Both the position numbers and the translations under genes were made by a program. 24,976 bases of DNA from Promethearchaeota archaeon (lineage in GTDB: Archaea > Asgardarchaeota > Lokiarchaeia > Sigyniarchaeales > SOKP01), in the NCBI GenBank assembly GCA_048938445.1, contig JBHLME010000062.1, positions 1-24,976 of the forward strand, written 5' to 3'. Each line of letters starts with the position of its first letter. Position 1 is the first letter of the stretch. Positions 18,067 through 24,976 of this stretch are shown piece after piece. The notes beneath the pieces are model-generated. The model ran no database searches. It was not told where the DNA came from and saw only the letters and a list, made by a program, of their open reading frames with translations.

Positions 18067-18317
18067 ACTTCTCTTTTTTATTTAATTAAATAGAATAGAT
18101 TAAATAAACGTTCTTAAATTAATGAAGAAATTATCGTATATAATTATATATCATATAAAATAAGGTAATTATAAAAACATTTGCGTCTCTATATGAATTA
18201 TTCATGTGGTTTATTTATAAAAATTCGAGCACTAAATTTTTAAAGTTTAAATTTATTTATATTATATTCTAAGTAGATTAATACATGTATTTTTTGATAA
18301 ATTAATGTGAAAAGAAA

Positions 18318-18602
18318 ATGATCGATATAAATGAAGTTAAAGCAATAATAAGGAGATTTGAAGAAAAGGAGGGTGTACGGGGAGTTATTATATGTGATTC
18401 TAGTGGCTTACCAATTAAATCAAATTTAGATATCAATATTACTGAAGAAGTAAGTGCTTATATTACCTCTCTTATAGGAAAATCAAAACAAGTATGTGAT
18501 GCTCTAAACGAAGGATCCTTAAAATTCGTTAGACTTGAAACAAGTAGGGGAGAGGTAATGATTGCTTTAGAAGAAAACTTAATATTAATAATTCTAAAGT
18601 AA
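18318..18602 (+). CDS. Roadblock/LC7 domain protein (dynein light chain roadblock-like)
   Basis: 94 aa with EGVRGVIICDSSGLPIKS and LKFVRLETSRGEVMIALEENLILIILK, resembling DYNLRB-type proteins. Confidence 0.9.
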   Translation: MIDINEVKAIIRRFEEKEGVRGVIICDSSGLPIKSNLDINITEEVSAYITSLIGKSKQVCDALNEGSLKFVRLETSRGEVMIALEENLILIILK

Positions 18603-18762
18603 CTTAATTTTCTTGATTTATGATATAGTGTTTTGTTCTATTCTATAAGTAAATAGATATTAACTTTTTTTAGATATTTAATTAATAATAAATTAATTTT
18701 GATTATTAATATAAGAGTTAAGGATTAACCAATAAAGTAAGATTTAAAATGTGATGTAATGG

Positions 18763-19392
18763 TTATAAAAAATAGTTTTTAAACATATTAAATTTCCTTT
18801 CTTCTCCTATAGTAGTAGTTCCCATATGTCCTGAAAGAATAAGAAAGTTGTCTGTTAAATCTGGGTTATACATTATTTTATTTTTAATACTTGAAAATAG
18901 TTGTAATTGATCTCCACCAGGAAAGTCTGTTCTTCCAATACTTCTCCTGAATATTAAGTCACCTGTGAAAATTATCCCATCAATATGATTATCATCAACA
19001 TTTTTGACATCTTTAGTATAAAGACTAATACTTCCTGGTGTATGCCCCGGTGTTTCCAAAATATTTAAATTTATATCATCTAAGATGATTGTATCACCTT
19101 CTTCGAGCCATTTATCCGCCTCTTTATCTATTCCATAATGCATTGAATCCTTTTTTGAATACATCAATGGTGTATTAAAATGTTTGATAATCCTTCCTGC
19201 TTTCATAGAATGATCAAAATGGCCATGAGTTAAAATAACACCAGTTACTTTTACATCATTTCCTAAATTTTCAACTACTTCTATAATTGTTTTAGGATCT
19301 GCTCCAGGATCAATAATTACTATTTTTTTGTCTGACCCAAAAATATAACAATTAGTACCCAGATGTCCTACAACAAGTTTTTTTAGTATCAA
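18763..19392 (-). CDS. MBL-fold metallo-hydrolase (glyoxalase II/YcbL-like)
   Basis: Motifs TNCY, IIDPG, LTHGHFDH, TPGHTPGS, FTGDLIF, GRTDFPGG and SGH. Confidence 0.92.
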   Translation of the reverse strand: MILKKLVVGHLGTNCYIFGSDKKIVIIDPGADPKTIIEVVENLGNDVKVTGVILTHGHFDHSMKAGRIIKHFNTPLMYSKKDSMHYGIDKEADKWLEEGDTIILDDINLNILETPGHTPGSISLYTKDVKNVDDNHIDGIIFTGDLIFRRSIGRTDFPGGDQLQLFSSIKNKIMYNPDLTDNFLILSGHMGTTTIGEERKFNMFKNYFL

Positions 19393-19449
19393 TTTTTACG
19401 CATCCAAAAAAAAGTAGATAATAATACGAAAAATGAAAAGTTATATAAT

Positions 19450-19752
19450 TTATTTATTTTCATTATGGTTGTTGATTAATTCATTTAATTCTACCAATTT
19501 ATTATATATTGTTAAACCTTTTTCGGTTAACTTTATATATTTCTTGTTTTCATTTTGTTCAATTTGAATTAATCCTTTTTTAATTAAGTCGTCTTTAACT
19601 CGAAAATAAGAATTATAATAACTAAACTTATTTAATTCATTATAAAATGTATGTTTTTCAACTCTATAATTCTTAAACGATGTTAACACTTTATAAGTGT
19701 CTCTAAACCCCTTTTTTTTTAGAAATTGTACTAAGTCTTCGATTACTAACAT
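19450..19752 (-). CDS. Small winged-helix-like protein (putative DNA-binding)
   Basis: 100-aa basic protein. LIKKGLIQIE...YIKLTEKGLTIY is the typical wHTH wing signature. Confidence 0.7.
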   Translation of the reverse strand: MLVIEDLVQFLKKKGFRDTYKVLTSFKNYRVEKHTFYNELNKFSYYNSYFRVKDDLIKKGLIQIEQNENKKYIKLTEKGLTIYNKLVELNELINNHNENK

Positions 19753-19951
19753 TATAACCCCTAATTCTAAGGTATAACTAAAATTTGACTAAATAGTAAT
19801 TAAATAAAAGTGTAAAGATTAAAAAAGTTTTTGGAATTCAGATATGTTCTGCTTATATATATATATTGTATTATGATATCTATCAAGTGCTGTATCTGCA
19901 CCTATATTTAAAATATCTTAAATTTTAATATCTTATTTCAATTAATTATTT

Positions 19952-20698
19952 ATGAAGAATAACAAGAACATTTTAAAAAAAATGTTCGAGATTGGGAATG
20001 GCAATGTCCCAATCGTTTTATCTTGCCCTCATGGAGGTTTTAAAAAACCTAAATTAATTCCTGACATAAAAAAAGGAGTTAAATTATCAGATAGATATAC
20101 ATTATATTTGGCTAGAAGAATTATTCATGATTTAAACATTAAAAATATCAAGTTATACTATATTTTTAGTAAGGCTCACAGAAGTAAAGTTGATCTTAAT
20201 CGTCCTCCTGGAACCTCAGCTGCATTTGATCAATCATCTGAGTATGCAAGAGAAATTCATTATTTGTTTCATGATAAAATAAAGAATCTTGCAAAAAAAT
20301 GCATCAAATTATATAACAAATGTTTATTTATTGATTTTCATGGTTTTACTAAACCACACCAAGAATATCAAGATATCATATTTGGTAATATTTTTTCTAA
20401 TACTTTATCAATTAAACTTAAAAATCATACATCTGAAGATCCTCAATTTTGGGGGGTGAAAGAATTTAAAACACAATTTCTAAATCATTTTACTATCGAT
20501 GATGGACTTGGTGTAAATGATATTAATATTGGATATTCAGGAGGGTATATCACTCATCAATTTTATAGAAAGGAGAATATTAATGCAATACAAATAGAAA
20601 TAGCAGATAATATTCGTAAGAGTATTGAAATCTCAAACCTTTTTGTAGATGACTTCATAAAAGCAATATTAAATTGCTTGGAAAATATTAATTATTAA
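19952..20698 (+). CDS. N-formylglutamate amidohydrolase-like Zn hydrolase
   Basis: Motifs LSCPHGG, SDRYT, HRSKVDLNR, IDFHGF, YSGGYIT and NAIQIEI. Confidence 0.8.
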   Translation: MKNNKNILKKMFEIGNGNVPIVLSCPHGGFKKPKLIPDIKKGVKLSDRYTLYLARRIIHDLNIKNIKLYYIFSKAHRSKVDLNRPPGTSAAFDQSSEYAREIHYLFHDKIKNLAKKCIKLYNKCLFIDFHGFTKPHQEYQDIIFGNIFSNTLSIKLKNHTSEDPQFWGVKEFKTQFLNHFTIDDGLGVNDINIGYSGGYITHQFYRKENINAIQIEIADNIRKSIEISNLFVDDFIKAILNCLENINY

Positions 20699-20722
20699 TA
20701 AAAAGAATTTTTTATATATTTC

Positions 20723-21523
20723 TTGAATGATGTAACCGTGAAAATGGATATAGCGCTTATTCAAATGGAAATAGAAGACGGAAATAAAGAAAAAAACATT
20801 AATAATGCTTTAGAAATTCTAAAATTTTTAGAAAATTCCATTAATAAACCTGACGTTGTTTGTTTTCCCGAACTATTTACTTCTGGTTATGATTTAAGAA
20901 ATGTTAAGAAACTCGCTGAAAAGATACCTGGACCAACAATTGAAAAAATATCTGAAATTTCTAAAAATAATTTCATTGTTTTGGGAACTATCTTAGAAAA
21001 AAAAGATGATCGATATTACAACACGGCCTTTATATTGAGTAAAAACGGACAAATTATCGGAAAATATTCAAAAATTCATTTATTTTCTCCAATGTTAGAA
21101 AAGGAGTTCTTAACACCTGGAAATGAAATAAATATCTTCACTTTAACAGAATTTAATAATTTAAAAATAGGAATTACAATTTGCTATGACTTAAGGTTTC
21201 CAGAATTATTCAGAATTCTGACATTAAAAGGCGCTCAAATAATCTTCGTTCCTTCCGAATTTCCAAGTCCTAAGAGTAAAACGTGGTTAACATTAATAAA
21301 GGCTCGAGCGATTGAAAATCAGGTTTATATTATTGGAACAAATCGGGTTGGTAAAGGAAATTCAGATACATTTTTTGGTAATTCTATTGTCACAAATGGT
21401 GAATATTCAGAAATTTTAGGTAACCAACAAGAAATTAAGATATATAATATAGATCTAGAATCATTGGATAAAATAAGACAAAAACTACCCCTATTAAAAG
21501 ATCGCCGGAGTGATTTGTATTAG
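20723..21523 (+). CDS. Carbon-nitrogen hydrolase (nitrilase/amidase family)
   Basis: Catalytic triad motifs FPELF (Glu), YSKIHLF (Lys) and ICYDLRFPE (Cys), plus ARAIENQ. The start may be one of the slightly later GTG or ATG codons. Confidence 0.92.
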   Translation: MNDVTVKMDIALIQMEIEDGNKEKNINNALEILKFLENSINKPDVVCFPELFTSGYDLRNVKKLAEKIPGPTIEKISEISKNNFIVLGTILEKKDDRYYNTAFILSKNGQIIGKYSKIHLFSPMLEKEFLTPGNEINIFTLTEFNNLKIGITICYDLRFPELFRILTLKGAQIIFVPSEFPSPKSKTWLTLIKARAIENQVYIIGTNRVGKGNSDTFFGNSIVTNGEYSEILGNQQEIKIYNIDLESLDKIRQKLPLLKDRRSDLY

Positions 21524-22271
21524 AATTGGAGGAATTATTGATATATCCACTAAGGATATCCCAGGAAAAGCTTCAATGGTAATTTTTACAGTCGGATGTA
21601 ATTTTAAATGTGAATTCTGTCATAATAAATACCTGCTCTTTAATAGCGTAGGAAAAGATATTTTAATTAAAGATCTGATCAAAAATATTGAATCGAATCA
21701 ACTTGTGGGAAGCGTGAGTATAACTGGGGGAGAACCTACATTACAAGAGGACTTAATTGGTTTATGTAAGGAAATTTCAAAATTGGATAAATTCATCAGC
21801 GTGGATACGAATGGTTCCAATCCAGAAATAATAAAAAACCTAATTCCATACGTTAATAGGATCGCATTAGATTTCAAGACAAATCCTTTAGACAATAAAA
21901 GATATGAAGAAATTTCACGAGTCAAATTAGGTTCTACCAAAGTTCTTGAAAGTTTTACTATATTAAATAAGAGTGAAAAAATACAATTCGAAATTAGAAC
22001 TACCTACGTGGAAAACTTAATGATACCAAGAGATATTCATGAAATCATTTGTTTCTTAAAGGAACAAAAATTTAAAGGAACTTATGTTCTACAGCAATAT
22101 CAATTTTCTGAGGGCGTTGGAGATGAATTAAAAGATAAATTTGAAAAACCTCTTCATTCTACTTTACTTGAAATATTGAAACCATATAAAGATCAAGATT
22201 TGGGTTTCAAAGTATATTTGAGAAGTGATGTAGTAGGTTATAAACCTATTGAAGAATTATATAAAAATTAA
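21510..22271 (+). CDS. Radical SAM protein, anaerobic ribonucleotide reductase activase (NrdG)-like
   Basis: CxxxCxxC motif GCNFKCEFCHN, plus ITGGEPTLQ, VDTNGS, IALDFK and EIRTT. It overlaps the end of the nitrilase gene by 14 nt. Confidence 0.85.
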   Translation: MICIRIGGIIDISTKDIPGKASMVIFTVGCNFKCEFCHNKYLLFNSVGKDILIKDLIKNIESNQLVGSVSITGGEPTLQEDLIGLCKEISKLDKFISVDTNGSNPEIIKNLIPYVNRIALDFKTNPLDNKRYEEISRVKLGSTKVLESFTILNKSEKIQFEIRTTYVENLMIPRDIHEIICFLKEQKFKGTYVLQQYQFSEGVGDELKDKFEKPLHSTLLEILKPYKDQDLGFKVYLRSDVVGYKPIEELYKN

Positions 22272-22283
22272 GGGATTTAAAAG

Positions 22284-23825
22284 TTATTCTTTATCTTTTA
22301 ATTCAAGGTATTTTAACATTATTTTTAGACCGTTTTCCATAGCACAGCGAACATTTCTCTCATTCCAATTTGAACCTATATCATCATTAGGTTTTCTTTT
22401 TTCATTAATCAAGTTAAGAGCATCTCTATCGGTGTGATAATATGTAAGATAATCTTCCCAAATGATTCCCTCTAAAGAAGATGCTTTCAATCCACCTTTT
22501 ACTAATCCAGCAGCATCGGTTCCACCGGCCATACTTGGCATTTCAACTAACTTATAAGGGATTTCTAATTCTTCACAACACTTTACAAGTAAATTGTATA
22601 CTTCGGGACTAAGGTCAGTTCGCGTAGTATTTTCCCTAGTAAATATTTTCTGGAATCGAGATTCGGTGAGAGATTCACCGTTGACCGCGGTGGTGTCAAT
22701 TTGATTGTATTCTTTAGCATGTAGATTACAGAATGCTAAAGATCCTCTCAATCCTATTTCTTCACATCCAAACAATACGAGTTTTACTTCTGTTTTTTTG
22801 GGTAATAATTCTGGATAATTATCTTTCCAATCCTTTAAAATCTTTCCAATACAGACAACGGGAGCCACTGCAGAAAGATTATCTATTACTCCGGGAGTCG
22901 CTTTTCTTGAAGCAAAAAAAACAAGAGCAACAATATTAATAATACTTTTTATCAACAACCAAATCACGATTTTCATTAAATTTTGGTTAATAAAAATAAA
23001 TTGCCAAAGAACAATATCAATTAATAAAGAATATATAGTTGTGCTCAAAATCGAAACATAACCATTTAAACTCATATTCTTAAGTGCTCCAAAAAGTACT
23101 TTTTTACTATTTTTAAATCCTAAGAAAACAACTGTTAATATTATAGGAATAAGGATAATTATCCATATTAATAGATTTAAAATAACAAATACAAAGATTT
23201 CTGGTATAAAAATAAATACTATTTGAAACAAGTAGATAATTATATAGGAAATTAATAAAACGACGCCCATAGCATAAAAATATGCATAACCCTGTTTCGT
23301 ATAATGTATCAGGTTAAATCTAAAAGCACTATCTATATGCCCGGAAAAAATGATTCTTTTTTTTATTTCACCTTTAGGTTTTATTGTTCCTACTACATTT
23401 TGAGACGTTCCTTGCTTGTATGGCAAGAATTTAGGAGTCCATTCTTCATAACAAAAAAATTGTTTGTAAAATATGAACAGACCAAATATTCCAATTAATA
23501 AGCAAATAATAGATCCCATAAACAAAAATATTTGATAAGGAAATATTTGATCTATTAAAAAAAATCCTACAAATATTCCTATTGATATTAAAATCAAGGA
23601 AACATCTAATCGGATCCATCCTAAAAATGCTCTTGGATATGTTTTAAATTTTTCGAGCTCAACGGTATCACAATATTTACTTAACTCATCATGCATTAAT
23701 TCTGAAGCTTTTCTCTCCGCATTACTACAAGGTGCACGAGGTCCACACTTGTTAATAATCTCTGAAATGACATTATACATGTAATCCGAATTCTCATCTG
23801 AATCAATAATGTATTTATTTGACAT
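22284..23825 (-). CDS. Membrane-embedded M28 family peptidase
   Basis: Motifs GPRAPCS, SQNVVG, FSGHIDS, GVIDNLSA, GCEEIGLRGS, GGTDA and YHTDRD, with about six hydrophobic segments inserted within the peptidase domain. Confidence 0.85.
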   Translation of the reverse strand: MSNKYIIDSDENSDYMYNVISEIINKCGPRAPCSNAERKASELMHDELSKYCDTVELEKFKTYPRAFLGWIRLDVSLILISIGIFVGFFLIDQIFPYQIFLFMGSIICLLIGIFGLFIFYKQFFCYEEWTPKFLPYKQGTSQNVVGTIKPKGEIKKRIIFSGHIDSAFRFNLIHYTKQGYAYFYAMGVVLLISYIIIYLFQIVFIFIPEIFVFVILNLLIWIIILIPIILTVVFLGFKNSKKVLFGALKNMSLNGYVSILSTTIYSLLIDIVLWQFIFINQNLMKIVIWLLIKSIINIVALVFFASRKATPGVIDNLSAVAPVVCIGKILKDWKDNYPELLPKKTEVKLVLFGCEEIGLRGSLAFCNLHAKEYNQIDTTAVNGESLTESRFQKIFTRENTTRTDLSPEVYNLLVKCCEELEIPYKLVEMPSMAGGTDAAGLVKGGLKASSLEGIIWEDYLTYYHTDRDALNLINEKRKPNDDIGSNWNERNVRCAMENGLKIMLKYLELKDKE

Positions 23826-23894
23826 AATAGAAATTTAACTTATTAAATTATAAAAATAATTTGAAATGGGAATTAGACTAAAAAGTCAATCTAT

Positions 23895-24347
23895 TTATTT
23901 TAACTTCTCTTTTCTTTTTTTTAAAATTATGTAGTAAATCAATATTCCTAAAAGTGCCCAAAATAAGAATGACATTACCCAACCCATGACTAGATTGAGA
24001 CTAAGGGCTCCAAAGACAAATGAAAAACAAGCAGCATATTCTAAAATGATATAAGGTACATGGGTTTTTGTATTTGATCTAAAATCATATTTTAAAATAT
24101 AGTCAAGAATTAATTCCACAATTAAATATGAGAGAATCAATAAAATAAAAATTATAAATCTTATATCTTTTTGAATTAAGATATAGTTTATTAGAACAAG
24201 GACGAGAGGAAAAATTAAAGCTGTGAGAATGATTCCAATTATTTTAACAAGCTTCATTTTTTCTTTTATTACAAGAAGGAATACGATTATGATTGTAATA
24301 AAAAAAATAAAACCGGAAATTATAAAACTCCAATCGAATATTACCAT
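23895..24347 (-). CDS. Small multi-pass membrane protein of unknown function
   Basis: 150 aa with about 5 hydrophobic helices, a polar motif ELILDYILKYDFR and a basic C-terminus. Confidence 0.75.
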   Translation of the reverse strand: MVIFDWSFIISGFIFFITIIIVFLLVIKEKMKLVKIIGIILTALIFPLVLVLINYILIQKDIRFIIFILLILSYLIVELILDYILKYDFRSNTKTHVPYIILEYAACFSFVFGALSLNLVMGWVMSFLFWALLGILIYYIILKKRKEKLK

Positions 24348-24603
24348 TTTTTGTAAACCTTTATTTAATGAAATTTTAAATTGCTTATTTAGTATGAAAA
24401 TTAATTATGTATAAAACCATATACGTAAAAATATTATCTGCGCAATATCTCTGTGACATCTTAATATATTAAAAAAACCGTGAAATAAGGGATCAATTCT
24501 TTTTTAGGCACTATTTAGGTATAAAAGAATTTAATCTTATTTTATTATTAATTTTTTTTATGTTATATCTTTGAGTTCCTTAGAGGAAATTAAAAAAATA
24601 GTA

Positions 24604-24879
24604 TTAATCCTTTGAATCGGCAGTCATTATCAAAAGAGATTGATTTTTAGATAATTCTTTAAGTAATTCTTGAATAAGTGCATCACTATCATTAAGTCCT
24701 GCCCTCTCAAGTCTTTCTCTTAAAAATTTTTGAATAAGGTTTTTAACTTCGCGAATATCATGCATTTCTGGATCTTTTTTCATATCTCTGAGGGCTAGTC
24801 TAATCATTCCAGAACAGGGCATTCTTTTTAATCCCGTTTTTTCAGCTAAAATAATTCCAAAAAAATTTACGACATCCAA
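24604..24879 (-). CDS. Small hypothetical protein
   Basis: 91-aa ORF with a TTG start, 3 nt downstream of the stop of the upstream partial gene. Confidence 0.7.
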   Translation of the reverse strand: MDVVNFFGIILAEKTGLKRMPCSGMIRLALRDMKKDPEMHDIREVKNLIQKFLRERLERAGLNDSDALIQELLKELSKNQSLLIMTADSKD

Positions 24880-24882
24880 GAC

Positions 24883-24976
24883 TTATTTTCCCTCAAAAGT
24901 TTTCATTATTTCTTCATCAGATAGTTCAATCTCTTCATCACCATAAGTATAATTGCGATTTAACCAGTTTTTAAAC
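24883..24976 (-). CDS. 3' end of a CDS that begins outside the window
   Basis: Open frame ...FKNWLNRNYTYGDEEIELSDEEIMKTFEGK* ending at TAA 24885-24883. Not in the ORF track. Confidence 0.65.
   Translation of the reverse strand, partial: FKNWLNRNYTYGDEEIELSDEEIMKTFEGK

Noticed and set aside
18137-18150. 14-bp perfect palindrome TATATAATTATATA between the roadblock genes
   Set aside because: It is pure A/T in a very AT-rich intergenic region and cannot be distinguished from background or overlapping TATA boxes.
1-24976. CRISPR arrays, IS elements, tRNA/rRNA genes and selenoprotein UGA/SECIS signals
   Set aside because: By eye I saw no spaced direct repeats, transposase motifs, GC-rich structured RNA blocks or genes interrupted by an in-frame TGA. 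A covariance-model scan would be needed to exclude small RNAs.

Overview
This is a very AT-rich, gene-dense prokaryotic window that looks like an Asgard archaeon, probably Lokiarchaeia. The assignment is an inference from a profilin-like gene, two roadblock/LC7 genes, an Ssl1/Rpn10-type VWA protein with two RING-like fingers, and an archaeal-type MetRS. About 23 CDSs are supported, including two partial ones at the window edges that the ORF track missed. I saw no rRNA, tRNA, CRISPR array or transposase. The standout is metG (minus strand). Its 5' end is interrupted just before the HIGH-type motif by a 31-nt hairpin-forming insert that shifts the frame and carries stop codons in both relevant frames. 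Removing exactly 31 nt restores TSAWPYVNAKPHLGN and a 681-aa enzyme, which suggests a miniature archaeal-type (relaxed bulge-helix-bulge) mRNA intron or a recoding element. Abutting the metG stop codon is an uncharacterised 414-435 aa gene with a divergent set of RtcB RNA-ligase motifs; RtcB is the family that seals exons after archaeal intron cleavage. All family calls come from reading motifs by eye; no database searches were run.
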